Source: a virus | Taxonomy: Duplodnaviria; Caudoviricetes | Reading direction: 5' to 3' (one strand) | Virus record (IMG/VR): IMGVR_UViG_3300030330_004628 | Location: 6,841-70,840 of that record | DNA length: 64,000 nt | Shown here: piece after piece, positions 27,643 to 38,723 of the stretch | Layout of the letters: each line of letters begins with the position of its first letter | How positions within the stretch are numbered: position 1 is the first letter of the stretch | The notes under the pieces: model-generated | What the model was told of the DNA's origin: nothing | What the model saw: the letters and a program-made list of their open reading frames with translations, nothing else | Databases searched by the model: none | Made by a program: the position numbers and the translations under genes

Positions 27643-29946
27643 TTATGTTATTTTAGTTCTATTTGCTTGATTTACTTCTGAATCTATATCAGAGCCAAAA
27701 CCTTTTTGTTCAAATAATTTAGCATAAGCATCCATTAAAGGTTGTTGAGTAACAGACTTTACAGCATAACTAACATTTTCTAATGCAGTTTCTATAAGTG
27801 CATTACCTATTTGCCCATGTAAATTAGATTTTCTAGCAGCTTCATCATAAGCCATTTTATTATCTATTTGACCACTTTTTTGTTTGTATGTATTTTGATA
27901 CTGCAATGCCTTTCCATAATTTTTCATGTTTTCTCTTTGCATAGCAGCATCTGCAGCACTTAACTTTAAAAGACCTTCAACTCTATTGGCGTTTAAAACA
28001 CCTGCATTAGCTAAAAAAGCTCCCCTACTACCTCCTGCTGCTCTCATTACATTTCTTACGCCCAAATTGTAAGCTTTAGATAAATCTGCATTAGCACTTG
28101 CTTTTTCTTCAGATGTTAATCCTGACTGAGCCATTTCTCTCATTTTTGTCATATGAGCATTCCACGCAGAATCTAATTTAGGCATTTCTTCTACAGGAAT
28201 ATCTTCTAAAGCTTTGTTCATGTGCTTCATCCCCATTCCTCCAGCTAACAAACCTAATGCTGCACCAGCAGCTATTCCTAAACCTTGACCAATTCCTTCT
28301 TTATTTTTTTTCCACCATTCTTTTCTTTTTTCACCTTTCTTTCCTTTGTCATCATCATCTGTAGGTAAGGTTAATTCTTGTTTAATAATTTCAGGCTCTT
28401 CTGTATCTGTTGGCTTAACTTCATCAACAGTTTTTTGCTCTAAAGTAATAGGTGTGGTTTTCTCTATATTTGTTGGTAAAGGTTCTGGTATGTCTACATC
28501 TCTACCTTCTACTTTAGACACCCAAGGTTCAATTTCCTTTTCTACAACATCATCCATAGTTTTTAGATGACTTACGTTTATTTGTTTATCATAACCTTCG
28601 TAGCCAGGACGCTTCCATTCCATGCTTCTATGAGCAATACTACCAATTGGTGGTTTTTGAACATAAACCTTTTTACCGTTTTCGTCATAAGTTTGATTCC
28701 AAACTTTTCCAGCATTGGGGTTTACAGTTTTATAAATATCTCTTAAAACTTTAGTAATCCCTGTTGGATTTCTTTGTTTTTGTATCCACTCAGGAACAGG
28801 CTCATACGGGTCTCCTTTTAAATCTTTTCTTTCTTGAGGTGTAAGTTCATTATATGATTTATTATGTTGTTGATATGACAGCCAATCCATGTGTGTTTTT
28901 GCCTCAAACTCTCCTCTTCTTCTTTGATTCTGAAGTCCTCTTTCTTGTAAATTAGCTGCTTCCCCTTCAGTAAACATATTATTTCTTTCACTCCAATATC
29001 TTGAGTCAGTTCCATTTTTTATAATATCAGCTCTTATTTTTATATACTGACCCATTCCCTCCCTGTAGTTTTCATCAGAAGGCTCTTCATTATTCATAGT
29101 GTTCAAAACCTTTTGCACTTCATCTTCTACACTAACATTTACATTTCCTTGCGAATAAATATCTGTTGGCTGCTTTGTTTGAAACTCTTCTGGAGCTTCA
29201 ACTTTTTCAAAATCAAGTAACGTCCCGCTTGCAGGTGACGAATAGTTTTTTCGTATATAATCTAATTCTCTTTTAAGTGTATTAGAGTTTAAAGGACTTC
29301 CTGCGCTCTTTAAAGCCAATGAATCGCTTGCAAGAGTTTTTACAGTTGTGTCTATTATTTCTGCTGGAGAAGAATTATTTTCAAGATTTTGGTCTATTGT
29401 TTCAAAAAAGTTATTTACAGCCGCGCTTTTTCTTTTAAAAGGATTTGGGTCATTTATATCTCCTTTTGTTCCTGTCCCTCCATTAAAATGATGCATTGTA
29501 GTCATTGTATCATAAACAACATCAGGCACTTTTCCTATGTATTTATCTCCTATTTCTGAGTCAACTTTTTCAAAAACTTTTGCTGCCATTGCACGCTTAG
29601 TGTCTTCACCAGAATCTATTTTAAGTCTAGAAAAACTACCATCTTCTTGTTTAATTTTTATTCCACTACCTTTAGATTCTTTTTGTATTAACCCTTCAGA
29701 TAAAAGTTGTTTTGTTGTTTTTCCTAAAATACCAAGGCTTTCCCATTTTTCAGCAGTTTCTTTAGGAATGCCATGTGCAACTAAATCTTCAACTGTTTTT
29801 ACACCTAATAAATCTACACCAAAACCAACAGTAATTCCCGAATTATCATTAGGGCTATATGAATAGGAAACAAAATCCTCCATAGTGTTAAGGTGTTGCA
29901 ATCTTTCTTCGAATCTATGTATATTATTATAATCTGTTTTAGCCAT
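27643..29946 (-). CDS. Ejection protein with N-terminal pesticin-like muramidase and C-terminal Gly-rich TM segment
   Basis: MEDFVSYSYSPNDNSGITVGFGVDLLG..T.EDL...GIP matches the pesticin-C/phage lysozyme pattern; GIGQGLGIAAGAALGLLAGGMGM hydrophobic helix. Confidence 0.65.
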   Translation of the reverse strand: MAKTDYNNIHRFEERLQHLNTMEDFVSYSYSPNDNSGITVGFGVDLLGVKTVEDLVAHGIPKETAEKWESLGILGKTTKQLLSEGLIQKESKGSGIKIKQEDGSFSRLKIDSGEDTKRAMAAKVFEKVDSEIGDKYIGKVPDVVYDTMTTMHHFNGGTGTKGDINDPNPFKRKSAAVNNFFETIDQNLENNSSPAEIIDTTVKTLASDSLALKSAGSPLNSNTLKRELDYIRKNYSSPASGTLLDFEKVEAPEEFQTKQPTDIYSQGNVNVSVEDEVQKVLNTMNNEEPSDENYREGMGQYIKIRADIIKNGTDSRYWSERNNMFTEGEAANLQERGLQNQRRRGEFEAKTHMDWLSYQQHNKSYNELTPQERKDLKGDPYEPVPEWIQKQRNPTGITKVLRDIYKTVNPNAGKVWNQTYDENGKKVYVQKPPIGSIAHRSMEWKRPGYEGYDKQINVSHLKTMDDVVEKEIEPWVSKVEGRDVDIPEPLPTNIEKTTPITLEQKTVDEVKPTDTEEPEIIKQELTLPTDDDDKGKKGEKRKEWWKKNKEGIGQGLGIAAGAALGLLAGGMGMKHMNKALEDIPVEEMPKLDSAWNAHMTKMREMAQSGLTSEEKASANADLSKAYNLGVRNVMRAAGGSRGAFLANAGVLNANRVEGLLKLSAADAAMQRENMKNYGKALQYQNTYKQKSGQIDNKMAYDEAARKSNLHGQIGNALIETALENVSYAVKSVTQQPLMDAYAKLFEQKGFGSDIDSEVNQANRTKIT

Positions 29947-31807
29947 AATATTCTTTTATTCTAGTTCCATATTTAGCTGTTCCTGCCTTTTTCCAAGAAT
30001 CCATCTCTGAAAAAACAAGCTCACCAGCTTTTTTATAATTTTTAGTTGCTTTGTATTTGTCAAGTTTAGACATAGCTCCCTTATCAAACACACCCTCGCC
30101 TCCTGTTAATTCCATGCCTGTATCATTTCCCTGTTTATCAACAACAGTAAGAGGGTTTGTTTTGTGAGAAAATTCACCAGGAGTCATTCCTCCTTTAACG
30201 TATTTTAAATAACCACCAGTGTAATAGTCCATAGGGTCAAAACTTACTTTACCCCCTTTAACTAACTCTGCTTGAGCAAGCTGTTCATTATTTAGTTTCC
30301 CCCCTTTTATATCTTGATATTTATCTTGTGCAAATTGTTTAATTTTTTCAATATTTTCGTCTCCTATTAAATTTTTAATAGTTTTTCCAGCTTTTGTGGT
30401 TTTAAAAGCCCCATAAGTTTTTTGCGCAAGGTCACTAAATTTTGTTCCTAAATCTCCCGCTTTACCCATTTTTCCTAAAATTTTCATTGGCCCTCCCGCT
30501 AGTCCAAATCCAGCATCTAATCTGGTTTTTTTTAATATATCAGAAAAATCTTTATCTTTATGCCAAGGCATCATAGAAGCAATTTTAACACCAATATGGT
30601 GCCCTATATCTTCTCCAGCGCCAATAGAAGTTCCATAACCAGTTAGAAGTGGATTTCCTGTAGCCATTCCTGATAGCATTGCTGTATCTCCTGCGTCTCC
30701 CATTCCAGATATAAGCTGCATTAAACCTGTATCCATAACTTTTTCATAATGCTCTTTAGCTTGTTTTTTCTTATGTTCAGTTACAGCTTTTGGTTCTTTA
30801 GGGTTTTCTATAGCTTCTCTTTGCTCATCACTCATAGGTGTATTAGCTGTAAGCTGTCCGCTCATTAATTGTTCGTAAATATTTGGCGTTGCTTCACCTC
30901 CATCTTCAAATTTTATTTTTTCTAATATTCCTCCTTTTTTATATTTCATAGTTCTTAAATCTAATGGTCTTGTTCCCTCATTTACACCCCCTTCTTCGTA
31001 ATCTAATCTAGCTCCATGTTTAGCAATAGTTCCTCTAGCTTTTGCTCCAGCTTGACTATATTTATCCAACATAGCCTGCATACTTCCTTGAGCGTCTTCG
31101 GCCCTACTTTGTTGACCCCCCATAACAGAAGCAGCAACACTTTGTTCTACAGATTCTCCTTGTCTAGCAAAGTAGTCTTGCTTAGCTTGTTTTTCTGCAG
31201 CCCTTTGTTCTTTCCTTGCTTTTTTTCTATTAGTGATAGAGCCAACTACATCTCCTATTTCGCCTATAAGCTGTTTCCCCCCACCAATAATATCTCCTGA
31301 CAACATTCTACCAACACCTACAGCTGCACCTGCAACATCAGCTCCAATTTCTCCCACACTATATGTTGTAGCATCATTATCATCTGCTAAAGAATCTAAT
31401 CCACTACCAATCATTGATAAAGGGTCAAAACCGCCACCACCTGCAGCTTTTCCCATAATTCCCTGAACATCTAATCCTCCGCCACTTCCAAGGCCTTCTG
31501 TTACAGCACTTACAATTCCTGCTCCTGGCCCTTCTCCTTTTATTGCTCCACCAAGCAAATCTCCAAACCCCTGCCCTCCTGTCATTTCTTGAACTCCAAA
31601 ATTAAATTGGTCTGCTCCAAATTTACTTCCAATGTTTTGTAAAAATTGTCCAGCTCTAGTTCTTTGTTGAGCTTGTGGCATAACTTGCTGAGACATAGAA
31701 GGTAATTCAGGAGTAGCTGATTCAAAGCCAGTAAAATCCATTGTAGGTAAACTTATCGTACCTCCTGGATTATACCTTTTTTGCACATATTTCTGTATAT
31801 TACTCAT
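29939..31807 (-). CDS. Cargo/ejection protein with repeated [FY]xxGG motifs and C-terminal GG-x-T-x-G-x-FSH...ELTGGE domain
   Basis: Gly-rich membrane-like N-half; YEEGG, YKKGG, FEDGG, YYTGG, YVKGG. Confidence 0.55.
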   Translation of the reverse strand: MSNIQKYVQKRYNPGGTISLPTMDFTGFESATPELPSMSQQVMPQAQQRTRAGQFLQNIGSKFGADQFNFGVQEMTGGQGFGDLLGGAIKGEGPGAGIVSAVTEGLGSGGGLDVQGIMGKAAGGGGFDPLSMIGSGLDSLADDNDATTYSVGEIGADVAGAAVGVGRMLSGDIIGGGKQLIGEIGDVVGSITNRKKARKEQRAAEKQAKQDYFARQGESVEQSVAASVMGGQQSRAEDAQGSMQAMLDKYSQAGAKARGTIAKHGARLDYEEGGVNEGTRPLDLRTMKYKKGGILEKIKFEDGGEATPNIYEQLMSGQLTANTPMSDEQREAIENPKEPKAVTEHKKKQAKEHYEKVMDTGLMQLISGMGDAGDTAMLSGMATGNPLLTGYGTSIGAGEDIGHHIGVKIASMMPWHKDKDFSDILKKTRLDAGFGLAGGPMKILGKMGKAGDLGTKFSDLAQKTYGAFKTTKAGKTIKNLIGDENIEKIKQFAQDKYQDIKGGKLNNEQLAQAELVKGGKVSFDPMDYYTGGYLKYVKGGMTPGEFSHKTNPLTVVDKQGNDTGMELTGGEGVFDKGAMSKLDKYKATKNYKKAGELVFSEMDSWKKAGTAKYGTRIKEYYG

Positions 31808-31808
31808 G

Positions 31809-34800
31809 TTATCTTCTTGAATATCTATAATAAGGAACTAGCGATAATATACTAAATCCTTCGTTTTTCATAATTTTATCTCCACCTTCTACTCCAAAAA
31901 ACTTATCTCCTTCGTCCCAACCTATTGCTGCCGCTACTATAGCGTAGGTTCCTCTTACTGCTGGTTCAGAATTATCTATCTGCGCACCCGCTCCAGTTGT
32001 TCTAAGAGGAATATGATGTGTTCCATCTTTTACACTGTACCACATTTTTTGTCCTGGGTCTTGAAAAAAACTACTTTCAGAACTTGAATAAATTTGGTCA
32101 ACACCAGTAAATTCAGACGCATCATACTCTGTATAAGCCCCTCTATTAGCACTTCCTAAAAATGTAAATTTACGAAAATATAAATGCATAGCTCCCACAT
32201 CTGATTGAGTATTTATATATATATCTATATTATCAAATATTTTAGGCTGCATTGGTTCGTCATTTAAAACAAAATGAATTTGAACAGGTTCTTTGCTAAG
32301 AAGGTCGCTCTTTACACCCCATCTTTCTAAGTTATCTTCTAAAGTAGGATAGTCTTCTGTAAAAACATAATTTGTATATGTATCTACATCATAGCTATAA
32401 CTTTCATCAATTCCATGCCCTAGTATATAATAATCTACATCACCAAATGTTAAATATCTATACCCCTCATCTATATTTTCATTAATATGTCCATTTGATA
32501 AATATAGCATAGTATTAGAAAGTGTTCCTTCATCAAAATCAAAAGTGTCATATGTGCAATAAAGTCTGTTTTTAAAATTTATATAATTAGATGGTCTTTT
32601 AGAAATAAAAGAAGTAAACACCCCTAAGTTTTCATTATAAACAAGAGTGTATGGATTTTTATTAGAAACACTTAAAAGAACCTCACTAAACTCAGGGTCA
32701 TAACCTATATTAATACCACCCCATTCGTTTAAAATGCTATCATAAGCACTTAAATCGTTTACATATTGTCCCTCGCTTACTGCTGGGTAGTTGATGTTTG
32801 GAGACATTAAAGGCTTATCATATATTATTTGATTAGAGTATTGTTGAAAAAATGTTTGCATTCCAGCAGAATCACCTAAAGATGTAACACCAAATCCACC
32901 CCCTTTACCAACTCCTAGTTGTAAGAATTTAGAGGCATTATCATCATAATAATAAGCAGCTCTATCTGTAACAGCTAGTCCATGAAAATGTTGAGTTCCT
33001 AAAGAAGAACTAACATAATCATATCTTTCTATTACATTATCAGTTCCTGTTACAGCTTGAATAGCGCCACCTTCTCCCGCTGGTATCATAACCCTTGGGT
33101 TTACAGCTAACTGACAAGTTCCTGAATCTTGTAAAGCAAAAAGTTTATTTTGAAGTTTAAACATTTGCCTAATAGGACCTTTAGTATAATCTAAATCTTT
33201 TATTTGATTTACTGGAAATATAGAATAATTATCTACCGTGTCTCCCGTCATTTTAGGCTCAGAAAACGCAACCGTTGACGGCCAATGGTCTATTTCCACA
33301 AACCCAAAAGGTTTAGGACTAAAAATTTGTATTTTATTTTCAGCATCATATGATGTGTTATAAGCATAACTACCAGTATCGTCTGGTATTTGTTTTGCTA
33401 TATTTTGTGTATCGCTACCAAAGAAATATCCATGTCTTAAGTCTAGATTTGTTTCTGTTTCTACAGGACAAGTGTATGCTGTTAAAACACCTCTATCAGA
33501 GTATTCCGCATCTGTGTCTGGGTTATGAACTTTCTTTAAACTAAAGTTGGCTATAAAAGTGTCTCCACCAAAAACAGCAAGACCATTATTTCCTGAGCCA
33601 TCATAAGCTGTTACTTGGTTAACCTGTCTAAAAGAGCCTGTTGAAACAAAAGTATTTTTAGCAAAAGCTAAAGAAGTATTGCCTCCATATAAAGTATTTG
33701 CATTATGGTTTTTTACAATAGAAGCCATAGTAACCTCTGGAGAGTCTACACTTCGCGTGGAGCCACGTCCCGTTTTACCAAATTGAGTGGCACCTGAAGC
33801 TCCAGACTGTGGCATTCCACTTATTCCCAAATCACCCCAAGCTTCATGGTCAGCTGCACACGCCCATCTATAACCTGAACCAATAACATTTGTTTGCCAT
33901 TCATCTTGGTCCATATGGTCATTATTCCAATAACCTAATATATTAGGACCACCAAATTGATAAAAAACTCTTTCTCTCCAATTATTAGCATCTAAACAAT
34001 GTCTAGTTATAGGCAGCATGGCGTGATGCGGAAGAGACATTACTATTGTTTTATGACTTAAACAAAAATCCGCTCTACTTTCTGAGTATGTAGTAGTTTC
34101 TTCACTTATATCACTACTTGTACCACCTGTATTACCACCTAAAGAATGGTTTCTCATATTTTTAGATGTAGAGTTTAAAGAAAATGGTAAATTTTGTCTA
34201 TGAGGGTCGTGCCACATAGTAGCATTTCTATAAGGCCTGTCAGAACCCAATGTGCTTTCAGAAACTTCTTGTCCTGGACTAACCACCTGTGCATGATATA
34301 TATTTGACTCTCTCCAATATGGGTCTAGTTTATTAGAAGATGTTGTATAAGAATCTATTCTTTCTCCTGGCGAATTAGTAGGTCCAGTCCAGGATGCATT
34401 AGCTAATATATCTGGAATAACATTAGTAGCTCTAACACCACCCCAATCATTGTATTTATTATAAAAGTCCCACTGTCGTTCTCCATTTAAATACCATAAA
34501 TAATGCTCATCTCCACTTAAAGATAAGTTTGTGTTTACAAAAGTGCTTGTGTTAGTAGTTTCAATTTCATTAGAATAAGGGTTGTCAGAAGTAGCTTGCC
34601 AAGATGCTACACCTGTAAAACAAGGGGTCATCCATCTCTCAGCTGCATAAAATTTCCAATCCCTAACATTCATTCCAAATCCTTCTCCTCCATCATCTCC
34701 TGCACCACCGCCACCTTGAGTGTTAAAGGTTCTAGCTTCACCAACTTGACCATAATCATATTTATTCCAATCAGGTCTAGCCATACCATACATGGGATAG

Positions 34801-37800
34801 GCCCCTATTCTTTTTGAATAATATTTTGTATATATACCAAGATGAACATCTCCCTCTAAAGGCCCATCTCCATATATAGTTGGTTCATCATCTGTATCAA
34901 CAAAAGCCTCATCATCACTCAGACCTTCATTTATAGCGTCAGTTAAATTTCCACCGTTAGGCTCATAACCTGTAAACCTTCTCCATAAAAGGTCAAAAGT
35001 CCAGAAATCTACTTCCCAGTCTGTAGACCATTTGTTATTTGGAGAAAGCTTGTGCTTCCATCCACCAAAATTTTGAACTGTTAGTTCTGCGTCTGCAGTT
35101 GTAGTTTCCTCTTGATAATAATATATATCTTCTCCTTTTAATAATTCAGGGTCTATTTGACAAGCAAACAAACTTACATATTGTGGCCCCAAATACATAT
35201 CTGGCCTACTAGCACCAGCTAAACCACCATAATAACCATCAGATAAATATGAATTAAAAAAATGGGGCCATCTATTATTTAAATACCCTCCGTTTTTAAG
35301 TGATTGTTTAATACAATATCTTTGCTCTGTAATTTTTATTCTATCCCCACTACCAAAATTTAAATTAAAATCCCCATTAATAATAGCATCAGGAGAATCC
35401 ATTGTAAATATATTAGAATGAGACCAATCTTTTTCTCCCCCTATTACAGGTGTGTCTGCACCAAATTTAGTTTTAAAAGCCCCAACGGTATATACTTGCG
35501 TACTACTAGTAGCGTCAAAATCAACGGCAGATTGTCCATATATATGTGAACAATAGTCTTGAATAGTTGGTGTAAATATACTATTATGGTAATTACCATA
35601 TCTACCATCCATACCACATCTATTTGCTCCTTTCCATTCTAAATCACCAACTTCTGAGTCATCTTGAGAATTATCGTTCCAAACAGTATTTGGACTATTA
35701 TCACAATATTTAACTGCTCTTTGTAAAATGCCAGACGTAGATATAGTTCTATTTTGTGGAGTTCTTTCAACTCTTACTATAGAATAACCACTAATTTTAG
35801 AACAGGTTTCAGAAGAAAGTTTTACCTCAAAATAAGGATATAAAACACAACCCTTTTGCCCTTTCCCCATGTCATGGTTAGAATATGGTTTTACGTAATT
35901 TTCTGAATCCCAAGTAAAATTAGGCCAATCTACAAAACCACCATCTAAATTACTTCTACTAGTTTGATAATAGTATGGCCACTTTAAATCAAATCCACTA
36001 ACAGTACTACCAGCAAATGTTGGAGATATATATTCTGTACTGTGTTCAGGCATTCTAATATCACCTATTCTTTTAACAAACATAGGAGAGCCCTTTTTAT
36101 CATAAAATAATAAACCAAATCTATATATCTCCCCCCTTCTATATCCAACATAATTAGAATTATACATTGGATTTGCATAATTAGCATAATAACCTCCTGT
36201 ATCTTGATTTTTATCAACACGATAAAAAGGAGCTCTTGCAGCTATTTCACTTCCTGTTGAAATTAATTTATCATCGTTATCTAACTCTACAGGTCTGTCG
36301 TCACCACTTTCTGAACCAAGAATTCTAAATGTAACCCTAACACCCTCATATTCTCCATTATCTAAAGGAGTTCTAAAATGCTTACTTTCTGCGCCAAATA
36401 TTCCTCTTTTAACTTCATAAGGAACTGGAGCTGTATTTTCAGCCGACCAATATTCTGGTGCTGAAAGAGAAGATGTATAAAGACCATTTTGCTCGCCTTC
36501 TTCATCTACTGGCCCCTTTATATATCTATGAAAATCATCTCCATTGGGTTTAGTGTATTTACCATAATCTTCAGATTGTGGGCCATGATAATCTGGAGAT
36601 TCACCATTCGCATCATAAGAAACCCCTGCCTGAGAATATAGTAAGTCATTATATAAATCTGGATTCCCCCCCTCATAGGAGTGGGGTTGATTCCAGCTAT
36701 TATAAGAAACAACAGTAAAATCTGTATCTACAGATTCTGCAACACCTTTTAAGTTTCCTACAAAAAGTCTATTGTCTTTTACCTCTAAAGCTTTACAACT
36801 ATCCCAACTTATATAATCAGCCCCAAATTCTAAAGCTATTATTTCTTCTCTAATTATTTCTGTTCCCGTGTGAGTCCATTTTAAAGTAGTTTCTCCCGCT
36901 GGAAGAGGTATTGTTGCAAAAACTTGAGCAACTCCAGGAGCGCCCCCTATATAGGGAATATGAATCATTTCTACATAAGGATATCTTGTATCTAAATTTT
37001 CTATTATTCCTTTTATACTTTTAGATGTGTTTTTGCCAGGATTACCTCCTTGAGTAAAAGGTGCTGGGTTAGAAGAGCCAGAAACAGGCAAGGAGGCAGG
37101 ATTACTAACAGGAGATATTCTAGACATTCTACCATCTAATGTTTTATATCTAAATGCATAAGAATGACCAATACTTTCTAAAGCCCCTCCATCTACAAAA
37201 CCAGTAACCTTAGGTACACTAACCTTTGTTTCTATAAATAAATCAAAATATCCTGGGTCGTCAGTATATTGAGAATATATAGAAGGGTCAGCGCCAACAT
37301 TCATTGTCCTTAATGGTATGTCGCCATCAGTAAAATATATCCTTCTTACATGTTCATTTTCTTCAGCTCCTACAACTTTTAATTTTTTCTTATTTGAAAA
37401 CCCAAGATTGCCAAGAAAGAATAATTCATATATTCCCTCTTCTCCAACATTAACAAGCGTTCCGTCTTTTTTTTGAGATGTTTTTAAAACAAAATCAGAA
37501 GGATATCCAGTAATACCCTCTTGTTCTATCCATGTTCCTAAAATTACTAAATAATCCGAAAAAGCATAATGTCCTAATATTTGCATTCCCTTAGATAAAT
37601 ATAAATTTTCTACTGAATATCCAGATTCAATATCAGCATCTTCATTAAGAAGTTGAAAATCTTCTATATCAAAAGTTCCATTTACTCCACTTATAGTAGA
37701 CACATACCAATTTATTCTGTCAGAAAAATAAGCTGCAAATTCAACGCCTATAAAATCTTCAACAATACCACTATTAGCATAGTCAGAATCAGACAAGTAC

Positions 37801-38723
37801 TCGCTAAAAGCGTTTTGCCAATGATATTCAATAGCTTCGTTATCTATATTTGTAGTTACAACTATAGTCCCATTAACTTCTATATTTACATTTGTTACCG
37901 TGTTTTCATTAGAAGAAGAAAAAGTCCAAAGATTATTACCCCCAGAACTTGTAGTAACAGCTGCGGTAAGGCTATTATCTGCTAATGTTATTTGATTAGC
38001 AATTATATTTTCAAAATACAAAGGAGTAGAAGTTGCATCAGAAATTTCTGCAAATGGAGGAACTTCCACATCTATAACTTCTATATCTGCATTAGATAGA
38101 GTTAAAGTTACAGTAAACGTTAAACCAATACCATCTGAATTACTGTCTCCTACACCTGATGCAATAGTAGTTAACGGAAGAGATGTATAATCTAATAAAA
38201 ATTGTTCATAAAAGGTTATATAAAAACCCCCCACACCAAAAGGAGGTAAAAGTTGGCCTCCCACTTCTGACTCTACAGTTACATCATCAAACCATTCTCC
38301 TGGAGTAACATATTCTCCAATAAACACATAACTACTACTAGGAGAACCTGTAGTATCATAATTATCAGAAAGAGTTCCATATGTAAAATATTGCTCAAAA
38401 TCAAGACCAATGCTTGCATTTGTTAAAGCTGTAAAAAATGATTGCCATGTTAATTGAGACCAGTTAGTGTATATAGTTTCGGAAACAGCAGTCCAATTAA
38501 CAATATCACTTATAGTGCCTGTTTCAAAAGTAGAAATTTCACCACCAGCTAAAGCTAACGCCAACTTATCGCTGTCATATGGTTGTACAGAAATATTTTT
38601 ACCAACATAAGATGCTAATCTAATGTTTTTTGCATAACGATACGAATCCTTTGGTTGTAACAAAGGGTCAACATCCATTTGCATGCCTTTTAAAAAGCTA
38701 TTTGGTTTTCCTGGTTTTCTCAT
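31809..38723 (-). CDS. Tail stabilization/muzzle protein (crAss-like), 2304 aa
   Basis: N-terminal NSFLKGMQMDVD...SYRYAKNIRL; WDSCKALEVKDNRLFVGN; YRRGEIYRFGLLFYD; VFGGDTFI; DLDYTKGPI. Confidence 0.8.
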   Translation of the reverse strand: MRKPGKPNSFLKGMQMDVDPLLQPKDSYRYAKNIRLASYVGKNISVQPYDSDKLALALAGGEISTFETGTISDIVNWTAVSETIYTNWSQLTWQSFFTALTNASIGLDFEQYFTYGTLSDNYDTTGSPSSSYVFIGEYVTPGEWFDDVTVESEVGGQLLPPFGVGGFYITFYEQFLLDYTSLPLTTIASGVGDSNSDGIGLTFTVTLTLSNADIEVIDVEVPPFAEISDATSTPLYFENIIANQITLADNSLTAAVTTSSGGNNLWTFSSSNENTVTNVNIEVNGTIVVTTNIDNEAIEYHWQNAFSEYLSDSDYANSGIVEDFIGVEFAAYFSDRINWYVSTISGVNGTFDIEDFQLLNEDADIESGYSVENLYLSKGMQILGHYAFSDYLVILGTWIEQEGITGYPSDFVLKTSQKKDGTLVNVGEEGIYELFFLGNLGFSNKKKLKVVGAEENEHVRRIYFTDGDIPLRTMNVGADPSIYSQYTDDPGYFDLFIETKVSVPKVTGFVDGGALESIGHSYAFRYKTLDGRMSRISPVSNPASLPVSGSSNPAPFTQGGNPGKNTSKSIKGIIENLDTRYPYVEMIHIPYIGGAPGVAQVFATIPLPAGETTLKWTHTGTEIIREEIIALEFGADYISWDSCKALEVKDNRLFVGNLKGVAESVDTDFTVVSYNSWNQPHSYEGGNPDLYNDLLYSQAGVSYDANGESPDYHGPQSEDYGKYTKPNGDDFHRYIKGPVDEEGEQNGLYTSSLSAPEYWSAENTAPVPYEVKRGIFGAESKHFRTPLDNGEYEGVRVTFRILGSESGDDRPVELDNDDKLISTGSEIAARAPFYRVDKNQDTGGYYANYANPMYNSNYVGYRRGEIYRFGLLFYDKKGSPMFVKRIGDIRMPEHSTEYISPTFAGSTVSGFDLKWPYYYQTSRSNLDGGFVDWPNFTWDSENYVKPYSNHDMGKGQKGCVLYPYFEVKLSSETCSKISGYSIVRVERTPQNRTISTSGILQRAVKYCDNSPNTVWNDNSQDDSEVGDLEWKGANRCGMDGRYGNYHNSIFTPTIQDYCSHIYGQSAVDFDATSSTQVYTVGAFKTKFGADTPVIGGEKDWSHSNIFTMDSPDAIINGDFNLNFGSGDRIKITEQRYCIKQSLKNGGYLNNRWPHFFNSYLSDGYYGGLAGASRPDMYLGPQYVSLFACQIDPELLKGEDIYYYQEETTTADAELTVQNFGGWKHKLSPNNKWSTDWEVDFWTFDLLWRRFTGYEPNGGNLTDAINEGLSDDEAFVDTDDEPTIYGDGPLEGDVHLGIYTKYYSKRIGAYPMYGMARPDWNKYDYGQVGEARTFNTQGGGGAGDDGGEGFGMNVRDWKFYAAERWMTPCFTGVASWQATSDNPYSNEIETTNTSTFVNTNLSLSGDEHYLWYLNGERQWDFYNKYNDWGGVRATNVIPDILANASWTGPTNSPGERIDSYTTSSNKLDPYWRESNIYHAQVVSPGQEVSESTLGSDRPYRNATMWHDPHRQNLPFSLNSTSKNMRNHSLGGNTGGTSSDISEETTTYSESRADFCLSHKTIVMSLPHHAMLPITRHCLDANNWRERVFYQFGGPNILGYWNNDHMDQDEWQTNVIGSGYRWACAADHEAWGDLGISGMPQSGASGATQFGKTGRGSTRSVDSPEVTMASIVKNHNANTLYGGNTSLAFAKNTFVSTGSFRQVNQVTAYDGSGNNGLAVFGGDTFIANFSLKKVHNPDTDAEYSDRGVLTAYTCPVETETNLDLRHGYFFGSDTQNIAKQIPDDTGSYAYNTSYDAENKIQIFSPKPFGFVEIDHWPSTVAFSEPKMTGDTVDNYSIFPVNQIKDLDYTKGPIRQMFKLQNKLFALQDSGTCQLAVNPRVMIPAGEGGAIQAVTGTDNVIERYDYVSSSLGTQHFHGLAVTDRAAYYYDDNASKFLQLGVGKGGGFGVTSLGDSAGMQTFFQQYSNQIIYDKPLMSPNINYPAVSEGQYVNDLSAYDSILNEWGGINIGYDPEFSEVLLSVSNKNPYTLVYNENLGVFTSFISKRPSNYINFKNRLYCTYDTFDFDEGTLSNTMLYLSNGHINENIDEGYRYLTFGDVDYYILGHGIDESYSYDVDTYTNYVFTEDYPTLEDNLERWGVKSDLLSKEPVQIHFVLNDEPMQPKIFDNIDIYINTQSDVGAMHLYFRKFTFLGSANRGAYTEYDASEFTGVDQIYSSSESSFFQDPGQKMWYSVKDGTHHIPLRTTGAGAQIDNSEPAVRGTYAIVAAAIGWDEGDKFFGVEGGDKIMKNEGFSILSLVPYYRYSRR

